64,000 nucleotides of DNA, taken from the NCBI RefSeq assembly GCF_001194135.2, contig NC_068985.1, forward strand, positions 40,163,235 through 40,227,234, in the 5' to 3' direction. Positions within the stretch are counted from its first letter, which is position 1. Every line of letters starts with the position of its first letter. The position numbers and the translations under genes were made by a program. Source of the DNA: Octopus bimaculoides (Eukaryota). The notes beneath the pieces were generated by a model. The model was not told where the DNA came from and made no database searches. It was given only the letters and a program-made list of their open reading frames with translations. Shown one piece after another: positions 39,785 through 53,128 of the stretch.

Positions 39785-40036
39785 AGAGAGAGAGCAGGAG
39801 AGAGAGAGAGAGAGAGGGAGAGAGAGAGAGCAGGAGAGAGAGAGAGAGAGCAGGAGAGAGAGAGCAGGAGAGAGAGAGCAGGAGAGAGAGAGCAGGAGAG
39901 AGAGAGCAGGAGAGAGAGAGCAGGAGAGAGAGAGCAGGAGAGAGAGAGCAGGAGAGAGAGAGCAGGAGAGAGAGAGAGCAGGAGAGAGAGCAGGAGAGAG
40001 AGAGCAGGAGAGAGAGAGAGCAGGAGAGAGAGAGAG
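39785..40036. repeat. Compound purine-rich minisatellite, dominant unit GAGAGAGAGCAG
   Basis: (GA)n stretches interrupted by CAG at mostly 10-14 nt spacing; explains four overlapping low-complexity ORFs. Confidence 0.95.
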
Positions 40037-41294
40037 ATAGAGCATGTTAAAAAATAGAGCAACATGGATGTATTAAACAAACAGTTTTAGATTTATAAAC
40101 ATATATGTGATTGGAGTAATAAATTAAAACACAACATAGCAGTGTTGGTATAGACAGGAAGATATACAAGCTGTCTGTTAATGGTAACTCCTTTGATTAT
40201 TACACAGAGCTGTTAAATCAATCCATGTTCCATTTTGAAAGCTGTTATTTTAATCACAAAAAAAAATAAATAGAAATAAAATATAAAAAATATATATTTT
40301 TTAAATTAAAAAGAAAAGATTCTTACTATGCGCTGAAATCTCCAGGTTTTTCAACTGGTGGGTTGTAGGTGTAATTCTGAAAGAGATAAAACAATATTTT
40401 AATATTTTAAGACCATTTTACCCTCTGACTGTTTGTTATTATTCAACATTAAACAAAATCATTTTGGGTGCTTTCCCCATAGTCGCTTGACTGACAAGAA
40501 ATATCAGTCAAATCTCCTTTAAATCAAACCATACCATCTTAAAAACAAAAAAGATGGAGGTTTTAGATAATGGATAGTCGTAATGGAGGTACCTTTAATC
40601 ATAAGTCCGCTTGATCACAGATGACCTAGGGCCAAACAATAGTGCTATCATCACAACCACCATTTACACCATCACTACCAACAAAACCACAACCACCAAC
40701 GATAGTAATAACCACCAGCACAAGCCAATGAGTTAGCCCTTAAGTGGTCACCTGACTTGCCAAAAATAACAGCCAAATCTTCCTATCCAGCTTTAAAAAG
40801 AACACATTGGATAATGTAATCCTAGATACACTGTCTGAATAGAAAATGGGATGGTCATGACAGGCACACCTTTGATCAAAGATCTGCTAGATCAGAGCTG
40901 ACATTATGGTTGGATAATAACAAGTTCATTAAAATCTAATCATTCATTTTCATGTCTGCTTTATTTTCTTCATGCTAGCATGGGTTAGATGATTATATTA
41001 CTGTGGCATTGTTTTACAATCAGGTGTTCTTCTTGTTGCTGATCCATACATGTCTCTCAAGGGATATTTTATTCCACATGTCTTTGAAAGCACAATGCCA
41101 GTGTACAATCCATTGGCATGAGAAATAACATCACTAACTTTAGCTAAGCAATCTTTAAAAAAGAGCAAAGGTGTGTGTATTTGTATATCACTAAACCATG
41201 CTTTCATAACTATATCTGAGCAGACTTTAGGGATTCACATAGCTATGACAGTCAGGCAAGAACAGAAATATGTGTGTGTGAATATGCTTATGAA

Positions 41295-41559
41295 CCATTT
41301 AGCATTCAAACTGGCCATATCCAGCCCAAATATTCTATGTGCTTTCTGTTAAAACTGACCATATCCCGCCCAAATATTGTACGTGCTTTCTATTCAAACT
41401 GGCCATATCTGGCCTCTCACACCTACCCTGCAATGTCATTCTAAAAATAAACAATCACATAGTCAAAATTTCAAAACTGCAACATAAATGCATAATAAAT
41501 TCAAAACAACACGAATAGATAAGCATTATATTTAACAGAATAATCTGAATGCTAAAGGG
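41295..41559. mobile_element. 265-bp piggyBac-type MITE (second family)
   Basis: 14-bp TIR ccatttagcattca/tgaatgctaaaggg with 1 mismatch; TTAA on the right (41560-41563), TGAA on the left; internal tandem units of about 45 bp. Confidence 0.75.
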
Positions 41560-41779
41560 TTAAAGAGCCATTACTTAAACTTTTGAGCTGACAAGATGCA
41601 TCAGATGGCATTTGAAGAAAAGAAAGTCATCTGATGAACGACTGGGTTGCACATCACTGCAAAGATCTCTAACCAATAAACAAACAAAAGAAATATACCA
41701 ACTTTACTTCATGTAATGTATTGGCTGTTAGTTAACTTGTGAGTATAAAATCACATGCACAAAATGTGCGTGTGTGTGT

Positions 41780-41815
<36 letters not shown>

Positions 41816-43840
41816 AGGGGGATACTCTTGTTTACTTATCTTGACCAATATTTTTATGTCTCATTTTAACAATACTTTAGACTTTTTCTTCTACATTGAT
41901 AAAGATATTTATATCCATTATCTCACCTAGAAAGACATTAAATGTCCATTTTTGAATAATTAAACACATACATTCATGTACTGGAGTTTGTTCTCTTATC
42001 TTCAGTAATTTTGTATGCAAAGACAACTTTACATTCAGAAAATGTTCGTGCCAATGAGCTATGTTTTAGGGCTGACATAGAATGTAAGCTGTATTGTTAC
42101 TTACAAAGTGCCTACTTAAATTTGATACAATCAAGAATATTTCACATGTCCTTTTTAAAAGATATTTCCATTATCAGTATTGCATTTTTCTTTAAAAAAT
42201 ATTTTTTATTATGGCTTAAAGTAAGAATAGAAATACCCATGAAATTTTTCATGGTCTCCAAGACTTGTGAGAGGTAAGGAATAGGTTATCCTCAGACAGG
42301 AGAGAGGGCTCAAATTCTTGCAAATTAGTGGACTCCACTGAAGGTATCCAGGAACCAACCGGTGATGCTAAACAAGGTAACAGGCTAAGTTTATCATGCC
42401 TTATGTGACAGTACATTGTTTACAAGTTAACAAATTTATGAATTATTTCTCATGCTGAAAGAGCTTGGAGCATAACTCTTGAAGGCATGAATCTCTTCAC
42501 TTCCAATTGTTTATCCCAATACAAATCAGAATATGCTAGTAATAAATGATGAGGGTGGAGTGGCATAAGTGGTAGATTGCCAGAGTAAATACTATTATGT
42601 GTGTTTTATCCATTCAAAGGAAAACAAAATAGTCAGTTCAACCAATGCATTAGTCAGTTCAACCAATTAAATACCACCCTTAAAAGCCTTAACTAATGTG
42701 AGAAATAATTGTTATTGGATCTCAGAACTGAGATGAAATAGATGAAGGCAAATGTAGAGCTATCCAAATACATCAGCATAGGAAAATGGAGGATCAAATA
42801 AAGATGATGAAGAACATAAGAATAATGATGGTGTTGTTGATAGTGATATGGTGGCTTGACTTTAAAAGTTTTTATTCTTTTTCCTTTATTTTTAACATCA
42901 AATTGCATTTGCAAATTTGCTTCAGTTCTAATTTTAAAAATTCATATATACTGCTATTGCCTTTGGCAGTCTCATTAGAAATATAATAAATATAAAAGCT
43001 ACCCAACCCAATGCAATCTACCTCGCAAGTTATTTCAGAGAAGTTATTGGAAGAAATAAATCCATATATTTACTAAGGATTAAAAATCTGAAATAAGGTC
43101 TTTTTCAAAAGTATCTTCAATAATGTGCATTGGCATGCTGGGATATAGTCAATGCAGTATCTCAATATGAATCAATATTTACAGATGCAAATTTAGAATG
43201 TTTCTGGGATATATAGGCCAACAAGATTGCAAATGACCCTATGTTGATTTCAAATGCAGCTGTTGGGAGATTTTTTTTTTTTAACACAAGCAGAAACTTT
43301 ATTGAAAAGCAAACTTTTCCTAATCTATAGTGGAAGGTAATCTTAGACAATGATACTTTAACTATAATTCTTCCTTCAGAAATACAGGAAAGAGCATACA
43401 ATGCAACTATCCAATTATATCTGGCACTTTTAAGTAAATGCTAGCAGTATCAATATCAGATGGAAGATTCTTGAGTGATATGCACCACACAGAAACAGGG
43501 CAAAATGCTGCAAGTTATGTATAGCTGAGAAAAATTTCACATTGTGAAACCTTAAATCTGCAAACTATTCAATATTGATCAGAAATATTAATTAACTGCT
43601 GCTGTTTCAAAAAGTATCTCTTGAAACATAGGAAGATTATACTAGCACCTGAATAATTAGATTGACACCTAAATTTTTACTAGGAATAATCTTACATTTC
43701 CCTCTTCATATTTAACCTTTTGACAAATATTCCTGATATTACTAACATTTAAACAACACACTTTATAACCCTGCCAACTATTTATCCTTCTACATTAACT
43801 TCTATGTAGTAATAAATTCAATACCTAAATAAACGATCAT

Positions 43841-44526
43841 TTTAATAATCAGTCGGATTTTTTTATCTGATAATTGTTTAGCATTAACAAAGTATGAATC
43901 TTGAAGTTACAATGTATTATCATTATATAATATGATGGTGGAACTGAATTATCTGTTGCAGAATTAAACATGTAAGTGGCTGACTATTCCACAGGTACAT
44001 GTATCCTTACCAGAAACAATGAAACTCTCAATTCCCCTCTTCAATTTCAGCCACTCCAGATCTCATTATATATGATAATATATTCTGTTACATTACATTT
44101 TCAACTCTAACTTTTTATATTTCTTTCCAAATAGCTTTTTATGCACTTTCCTTCTCTCTCCATCTCCAAATATTTTTATACATTTTCACCTTACATAATA
44201 AGTCTTCCAAGAATATATTTCTAACAATGAAAGTTAAAAATAACTCATCCGAACAATATTAACAAGTAATGGACTATGCCACTTTAAACTTTTTAGCCTA
44301 GGATGTGATACTGGAAACTCCACATACTAAAATATCAGTGACATGTCAATTATATTTTAATGATCAGCTGGATTTCTTTTTATCTGATAACTGTTTAGCA
44401 TTAACGAAGTATGAAACTTGAAGTTATAATGCATTATCATGATATATATGATGGTGGAAGTGAATTATCTGTTCCTGAATTAAACATGTAAGTGGCTGAA
44501 TATTCCACAAGCACATGTACCCTTAC
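43841..44526. repeat. Direct duplication of about 170 bp (43841-44010 and 44356-44526)
   Basis: Collinear match of about 85% by eye. Confidence 0.85.
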
Positions 44527-44924
44527 TATAATTCTAGGCACTGTGTGCAATAAGTATGACACTGTATACAACAAGGCTATATCTTTTGAATTATGAGTAC
44601 ATTTCACCGGATGAGCTTCTATACCAGTTCCATCTGTCTAATTACCACTCCCAAAGTATGAATTGAACTAAGACTACAAGAAATGATATTTGCCCAAGAT
44701 GCCATGGTGGGAATGAGCCAAGATCTCATGGCTGCAAAGTGAAAAATTCTTAATCATCCAGCTGTACTGCACTTACATTATATTATATATGATAAACTAC
44801 CACTGTCTCCATTTATGTATTTAGACAGAAGATTTTGTAAATGTTACTGGATCATATAATGTCAACAATTTAGTTTTAAAAATATAAAACACATTTGAGT
44901 TATTAAATAAAATATATATATATA

Positions 44925-44957
<33 letters not shown>

Positions 44958-47319
44958 NNNNNNNNNNNNNNNNNNNNNNNNNNNNNNNNNNNNNNNNNNN
45001 NNNNNNNNNNNNNNNNNNNNNNNNNNNNNNNNNNNNNNNNNNNNNNNNNNNNNNNNNNNNNNNNNNNNNNNNNNNNNNNNNNNNNNNNNNNNNNNNNNNN
45101 NNNNNNNNNNNNNNNNNNNNNNNNNNNNNNNNNNNNNNNNNNNNNNNNNNNNNNNNNNNNNNNNATTTCGAGAACAATAACTGCCTGATAACATTAGTTA
45201 AGGAATATAATATCTGACCCTTTGATTCTAATAAATAGATAAATAATATTAATTTCCTTTAAATAAAGCTTGTGACTCGCTAATTATGATAACAATAACT
45301 ATTTGATATTATCCATGATCATGACAAGTAGCTTCTTCTGTCTAAATACATATATATCAATGCCATTAACCACATCCACCAAACTTAAACAGGTATCTCC
45401 ACTCCTAACACAAACACGATTCTACCACCACCACCACCATTATCATCATAACCATGCCCTACCATGTCTCCATAGCCAGCAGCACTTTTTTTAAAATCTC
45501 CATAGAGATTGTGGTTGTATTGCAATTTATATGAAAAGTTTGATAACATTCAGGTATTTGATTCTCATAAGCAGATAATTATTAATTTATTTTAAATATG
45601 GAGTTTTGGACCCATTAATTTTGGTAGCAATAACCAGTTGATAATCTTATCCACGATGATGATGATGATGATGATGATTATAATAAGCAGCTTTCACTGC
45701 ATTATGTATGCATATATTATATATCACATGTATTTTGTGTGTATGTGCATGTTTGTTTACAAACACAGATAATAGATAGATAGCTGATTGATAATATTAT
45801 CCATAATTATAATAAACAACTTCCACTGTATGTTATATATGCATAAATTGCTTGTGCGTGTGTGCATGCATGCATGCATGCAACAATAATATAAGCTTTG
45901 AGACTAGGGGAAAAACATGTCCAAATATTTCATAGTATAACAACAAATTCAGCAAAATATTTGTTATTTGAATAAAACGTAAGAAAATGAATGTGCTTGC
46001 TTTATTTTTTTTTTTTTTGAAAATGTCAATATGACATTAGAAAGAAATGAATTCACATCATTTAACAAAGACACTTGTAATAATATATACAATGAAGTTT
46101 CCCTAAGCATTGCCTTGATACACGAGGAACTTCATCCAATTACATTCTATCGCAAGTATCGAAGAGCTTCTCCTCCCCTTTTCATTTCTCTATGAATTTA
46201 ATATTAAAAATACAGTGCAGAAAAAAAAGAAACTTTTAAAAATGAGTTCTTCCTTACCTAATATTCAATAATAAATCCAAGAGAGACCATAATATAAAGC
46301 ATGCAGGCAAATAGTAAGTTTGTGGTGCGTGTGTATGTGTGTGCATATATATATGATGAAGTACAAAGAGGGAGAACCAATTATTGACTCCCAAAGGATG
46401 AGTTTTCTTTGTTTTCACTCAGGTATCAGTTTAAAGAAGCTTACTAATCCCAACAGTCTCTGTACCGGTTATGAACTGTAGTAGTAGCAGGAGCATTGTT
46501 GCATTATAGAATACATATATCACTTACCAACTTGGGCTGACAGTCTTGAGTGACTGACTACAATCGGCTATCAAGGTAACAGGTACAAGAAAGGAAGCAG
46601 TCTACTTGCATTTATTAATTACTAAATAAAACTAAAAACTACAAACAAAAAAGATAACACCAAGGACGAAAAAGAAAAACAAAAACAATATAGCCTTAGC
46701 CCCCACATTCACCCAAACACCTCATCCTACCTTAGGTCACATCTTTGAGTATCTCTATTCCAGAATCAATATCTTAACTACACAAATAAACTTAATTCCA
46801 GTCTCAACACATCCTGAAACACAAAACAACAACAACAACAGCAAACTGACAAACAATAACCTGGTGCAGTATAGCCATAGCTGTAGTAGTGCTAGTGGTG
46901 GTGGTGGTTAATGTTTTTGTTGTTGTACAGTGGTAGAGTGGGGAAATAAAGTAACTAAATAGTATCTAATCAATAAAGCTATTTATTTTTATTCTATTCT
47001 TTTTTTACAAAAGCTTGCTATTAAAATCAGATATTCTGAAAACCACCAAAGGGTTAAATTTAGCCTTATAGGATAGTTTAGACAGATAACACCTCTCAAT
47101 TGCACTGTCTTATTCATATATATACACTGGTTAAAAAACAAACTTATCTCTTTTCTTAAAACTTATTTTTATCCAACAATTCTAACTAGATTTAAAAGTA
47201 ATCCCAGAGGGCAATTAACACAGACTGTTGCTAAGAATATATAGTAAATGGATTTAAAACTTCTAGTCTTTAATAACAGGACACAAATAACACCAACACC
47301 ATCCACAATTTCTAATTTA

Positions 47320-47701
47320 GGTACAAAGCCAGCATTTCTGGGTTGATCATAGCAACCTTAGTACTCGACTAGTACTCAATTTTATCAAGCCTGGAACGAA
47401 GAAGGGTTAAGTTAACTCTGAATCCAGAATGTAAAGTTGGAGGAAATACTGCAAGGGATATTGTTCAACACTAACAATTCTGCCAAAAAGCCAGCAGTTT
47501 TGAGGGGAGGGACTAGGGCAAGTCAATTACATCAACCCCAATGCTTGACTGATATTTTATTTTATCGACCTCAAAAGGATGAAAGGCAAAGTCAACCTCA
47601 GTGGAATTTGAACTCAGAACGTAAAGACAGATGAAATGCTGCTAAGCATTTTGCCAGGCATGCTAACGATTCTGCCAGCTCACTGCCTTATTATAATAAT
47701 G

Positions 47702-47740
<39 letters not shown>

Positions 47741-47950
47741 GTTTCAGATTTTGGCACAGGGCCAGCAGTTTTTGAGGGGAGAAGGAAGTCAATTATATCA
47801 ATCCCAGTACTTGACTGGTACTTATTTCATTGACCCTGAAAGGATGAAAGGCAAAGTTGACCTCAGTGGAATTAGAACTCATAATGTAAAGATGGACAAA
47901 ATGCTGCTAAGCATTTTGCCTGGTGTGCTAACGATTTGGCCTGCTCACCA
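47320..47950 (-). mobile_element. Tandem array of SINE family B copies (two clear, one degenerate), separated by (AAT)n
   Basis: aaaggatgaaaggcaaagtcaacctcagtggaatttgaactcagaacgtaaagacagatgaaatgctgctaagcattttgcc repeated near 47570 and 47840. Confidence 0.85.
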
Positions 47951-49567
47951 TAATAGTAGTAATAATAATAATAATAAATAAATAAATAAATAAATAATGA
48001 TTTCTTACACTGGTGTTCAAAAACATAAGCTTACAGAGGAGTGTTATATTAAATGATCAAAGTAGTTGATTGATATTTAATTCATTGGTCCTTGAGGACA
48101 AAGTCAAAACTGGTTTGGTTAATGACTGAAGGAGCTGTGGTTGATAAAGAGAGTCTTGGCTTTGAGATATTGCATCTGGGATTTATTGGTGTCTAGATGT
48201 TGGACTATTAGTTTGGGGATCTGTAATTCATGGTAGTTGCTGAAGTTTATAGATATCAGAACATTGATTGAGGTGTCTGCAGTTCCTGATGGTACAAAGC
48301 ACCCCCCTTCACTCAGGACAAAAATCCCACAGAAGTTAAAGTTCAAAATAAGACAAAAGTACTATGTAAATTATGCTGGGTTTAGTATTTTTATGGGGTT
48401 GTTTCACTGAAGACATTTTGATGATATTTAGATGTGGGTGAGATGGCAGTGATGTTTTGCAGGTTTTTCTTTTTAACTTGTGATTCACATCTTGTCATTG
48501 GTGTTACTATTCTACACATGAGTAAGATTTTGGGTTACTTATAACACACCATTGTTTTGTCTGTAGACATTGACATGCATATTTTCTTGTTGGAAAATAG
48601 CAGCATCAATCATATTAGTTAAAGAGAGTCCTTGAAAATCATGGTTATTACTATTTTTTCCTTAGTCTAAAACAACCATTAAACTTTTCATTCTTCCAGG
48701 ATCAATAAAATAAATAAACTAAGCATGTACTGAAGTCAATTTGAATGACTCTATCTCCCCTCAGCAAATCTGTGCAATTGTCACAATGGAAGACGTTGCT
48801 ATTATTACAAATATAGCTAAGCTGGTGTAAATAATGGCAGAATCAAACTAATTTCATTTATGTTTCATTAATTTCATTAATCCACTGCCTGACTATTTCT
48901 GAGTTCAAGCCCTGTCGGGTCAACAAAATAAGCACAGTAGTTAATTCATTCAGTTAGCTACACACCTCACTTATGTTAATTGGTAATTCTGAATAGCAAT
49001 GGTTTCTTAACTGAGTTCTCTTTTGTTTCAGTCTCTGACTAGAATTATCTCAATTCATACTGTTATTTAAAGTGCCTGAATGAGTATCATAAGTCCTATT
49101 TCCGCCCCCAAACGACCATAAAGTCACTATTGATAAATACTGCTCAGTATGAAAAAAAGAATCAGTAAAAGCTTACACATGATGTTGATTTGATTTGTCA
49201 CAATCACACAAGATTGTTGGGTTGAAGTTATGCAACAAAAATTGTAGTATAGTTTAGGCCACTAGTACTGCAACAATTTTATATCATTGAACCAGAGATG
49301 GGCTTCTAGATGTACAAAAAATGTTGATAAACTTAAGAAAATCTTTAGTTGTGTATGGCTTAATCATACTATTATAACTTTTTTAAACTATTAACTTCAT
49401 CATTAGAGATGGAAAAAATATTTTAACATTTACATCTTCACTAATGTGTGCAAAGTACACACCCAGGAATGATACACCTGATGAATGAGGGAAATATAGT
49501 ATAGGCGTAAATATTTATACCTACATTATGACAAATGTTAATCATCTAAAAAATTATAATATTAACT

Positions 49568-50690
49568 TTAACTATTCAGAGACATTTAGACATGCTTAAT
49601 ATTATTTTCAATACTAATACTAGAAAAAAAATGATGGCTGTTGCCCACAAATTAGTATGACCTAGAAACATGTACCATGTTTTTGCTAATTGTATTCAGT
49701 GCCTATATAGTTATGAATACACACACACACACACACACACACATACATACACACATACATACACATGCACACACTCTTCTGGCCTTCCTACCTTATGGAC
49801 CAATAAAATATTGAAGATGTGACAGCTGGAGGGAAAAAGCACTAGGCTGGAACTCATTTTCAACTGAGTGAATTCAAGTAACATGAAATGAAACGACTTG
49901 CTCAAGGACACAACATGCTGCCTACTTCAGAAATTGAATTCCAGCACCATGAACCCAACACTAACCACAAGGTAATGTACTCTGTTAGATTCAAATACTT
50001 CATGTCAGTTGGTGTTAACACCATGTAGAAGCTAATTCACTTCACTTTTGCCACTGATATTTTCAGAAAAATGTGGAAAGCTAAATCTCTCTCCCTTCTC
50101 TAAATGGAAACAACATTCCTTACTAGTTACAGTTGCAATCATGCAACAAAAGTAATGCAGCTGGTTATGTCAGAACTACATATAGTACAGTGTGAAGGTA
50201 CATTGCCTTGTGGTTAGTGTTGGGTTCATGATGCTGGGATTCAATTTCTGAAGTAGCCAGCATGTTGTGTCCTTGAGCAAGTCGTTTCATTTCATGTTAC
50301 TTGAATTCACTCAGTTGAAAATGAGTTGCAGCCTAGTGCTTTCTCCCTCCAGCTGTCACATGGTCCATGTGGTAGGAAGGCCAGAAGAGAGAGAGAGAGN
50401 NNNNNNNNNNNNNNNNNNNNNNNNNNNNNNNNNNNNNNNNNNNNNNNNNNNNNNNNNNNNNNNNNNNNNNNNNNNNNNNNNNNNNNNNNNNNNNNNNNNN
50501 NNNNNNNNNNNNNNNNNNNNNNNGCGCGCGTGCGCGTTTTCACAACTATATAGGCATTGAATACAATTAGCAAAAACATGGTACATGTTTCTAGTTCATA
50601 CTGATTTGTGGGTAACAGCCATCATTTTTTTTTTCTAGTATTACTACTGAAAATAATATTAAGCATGTCTAAATGTTTCTGAATAGTTAA
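49568..50690. repeat. Local inverted duplication (arms 49568-49980 and 50198-50690, 217-bp spacer)
   Basis: Arms are reverse complements at over 90% by eye, including non-SINE flank; they differ in the microsatellite and a 15-nt indel; the right arm contains an N gap. Confidence 0.9.
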
Positions 50691-52012
50691 TGTGGAGAAT
50701 AGTTAGTGGAGATTTTTTTTCATTCTAATTCCATTGAAATTAAAATTGTTTTCATAAAAAAAAACATTGAGAACTGAGTAACTGTAACAGTGGTGAAGTT
50801 TTATATGTGAGTATATGTAATTGGGGGAAGTGCTAAAATGAAACGTCCTTATAGAGAATGGCTACCTAAATGCTAATGTGCAGGAACAATAATTTGAAAT
50901 GTTCATTGAGTTTGAAGACAAATCAAGCCCTACACCAAGAATGCTAGTTTTTAAACAGAGTTTAGGCATATATAAGAGAATTCAAAACCTGTTCATGTAT
51001 TCCTATCAGACTCCTGTTGGATTCTTACCAAATTCTCTAATGCCTTTCTGTCGAAACACATAAAGGAAAAATAGTAATAGAGAGAATGGGAGAATGTAAA
51101 GAGGTAAATTTAATCTACAACGATAGATAGCAATCATTACCAGCAGAGAGATAAGAGGGGAGTAGTGAAACAATCAGAAACAATAAAAGACAAACCGCAA
51201 ACAATTCAAAGATACTACAATTTATAAAAGACTAAGCAGAAAGAAAGTATAGCATATCTTTATATTTGTATTCATGTTACATTCAAGCAAGAATTAAATG
51301 GGACAAATTACATACAATTTTTAAAGGGTTCAATGGCATATGTATTACCCAGTAAAACGCCCTCCCTTTTATTTCTTTTCAATCAGCAGATAGTAAAAAT
51401 CTAAAGAACAGAAAGACAGAAGATTTTGAAACAATGAACCTTCTGTATTTCAAACAACTCTAAATAGGAAGCCAACTGCTAGTGGTAGTGGTGGCGGTGT
51501 GTACCGGCTGGGATAAGAGACCAGAATAAATACAAACCAATGTGAGGTATTAGAAAGTAACACAGTATGTGCTTTACTTGAAAGACTCTGTTGAAAGCCA
51601 GAGTAGTTTCTTTGTTCCAGAGTTAGTTGGCTTTAAGAATGTGCTTGATATAAATTATTGTAGATAACCTAGTTAAATGTCTAAATGGTCTCAAAATTTA
51701 ACTTGAAACAACTCAACAAGGGAGCAGCTATGCAGACACTCTGCTAGAAACAGCAGCCAAATCTTCCTCAAATCATGCTATACCATAAAGAAAGTATGAT
51801 TGAAAGGACACATTGGATGATGTAAATTGTCAAATATGAAAAGATGAAATGATCATAACTGGGAAATCTTTCATCAGAAGTCTACTCAATCAGGGCTGAA
51901 CAAGGGTTAAACAACAATATTACTAACAAAGATAACACCAAAGATAAATATTCTAATTAAGATATCAGTAAATTTCTATAAAAAATTAAAAGGAGATTTA
52001 ATTTGAAATATA

Positions 52013-53128
52013 CAGGAGTTGGACAAAATAATGGAAACACCTAGCATCATAGCATCATAATTTTGAAATATCTATAAAACCATCAAAAGCTTGTTTATTT
52101 TTATGTCTTTTCCTTTATTCTTAGTGTTGCTTAATATGTTCTGCTAAAATTGCTGTTTCTTTTCAGATATTATCAGAAAAAGGTAATTAAAATTCATTAA
52201 AATGACACATCTTTTGGACTTTCAAAAAACCAAAACTTTCAGATAGAGACCATCAGACTCTTACATGATTTGTTAGAATGGATCACAAAAGTACAGCTCC
52301 CAAAATTACTGCAGAGCTTGAGAACCCAATTTCCACAAAAACTGTTTACCAGGAGGTGCACAAAGCCAGATTTCACAGGAGGGCTGCAATCAGAAAACCA
52401 CTACTTTCAAAACAAACATTGCAAAGCATTTAGAGTGCAGTGAAAACCTACAGAATTGGTCCCTAGAGCAGTGGAAGAATGTTATTTTCTCAGACGAGTC
52501 ATCCTTTACCTTATTTCCGACTAACAGCCAAGTATACATGTGGAGACAGCCAAAAGAAGCATTTGACCCAGACTGTCTTCTTCCAACTGTTAAACATGGA
52601 GGATCTGTAATGATCCGGGGGGAGGGGGGGTCGGGCTATATCTTGTAAATCCACCAGCCCAATGGTTTCCCTTCATGACAGAATTAATAGTCAAGACTAT
52701 TTAAGCATTTTATCTGATCAAATTCAAATTGTGGAACTGTTACCGGAGGGAAATGCAATCTTTCAGGATGATAATGCACCAATTTACACAGCTAAAGTTG
52801 TTACTGAATGGCACAAGGAACATTCTAGTGAAGTTGAACATCTTATCTGGCCACCACAATCTCCAGATCTCAATATTATTGAACATTTATGGTGCATTTT
52901 AGAAAAACAAAGTAAGGAGTCGATATCCTCCACCAACATCACTACAAAAACTGGAGACTGTTTTAGCTGAAGAATGGACAAAAATTCATTTGGAAACATT
53001 TCAAACTTTGTACGAGTCCATACCTCATAGAATTTAAGGTGTAATTACTGCCAAAGGTGGTCCTACCCCATATTAAAATAAATTTGTTTGAAATTTTAAG
53101 GTGTTTCCATTATTTTCTCCAATCCCTG
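52013..53128 (+). mobile_element. Full-length Tc1-superfamily DNA transposon, DD36E spacing (Incomer-like)
   Basis: 30-bp TIRs 52013-52042 and 53099-53128 (27/30 match); TA at 52011-52012 and 53129-53130; about 1.12 kb. Confidence 0.92.
52202..53076 (+). pseudogene. Tc1-type transposase pseudogene
   Basis: VIFSDESSF (D at 52493), FQDDNAPIYT...WPPQSPDLNIIEHLW, C-terminal TAKGGPTPY*; frameshifts, stops and a G-rich insertion near 52620. Confidence 0.9.

Noticed and set aside
39619-40080. Four overlapping ORFs of 89-153 aa
   Set aside because: Translations of the GA/CAG minisatellite.
40998-41207. Open frames on both strands with plausible splice sites
   Set aside because: The left part overlaps a decayed RTE-tail repeat; no family recognised.
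49478-49500. CTGATGA...GAAA hammerhead-like words
   Set aside because: The intervening ATGAGG cannot form stem II.
11518-51560. Further isolated exon-like signals (11518-11540 +, 19323-19355 -, 46423-46481 +, 46528-46567 -, about 51460-51510 either strand)
   Set aside because: GTAAGT and pyrimidine tracts are frequent by chance in this AT-rich DNA, and no coherent recognisable protein could be assembled.
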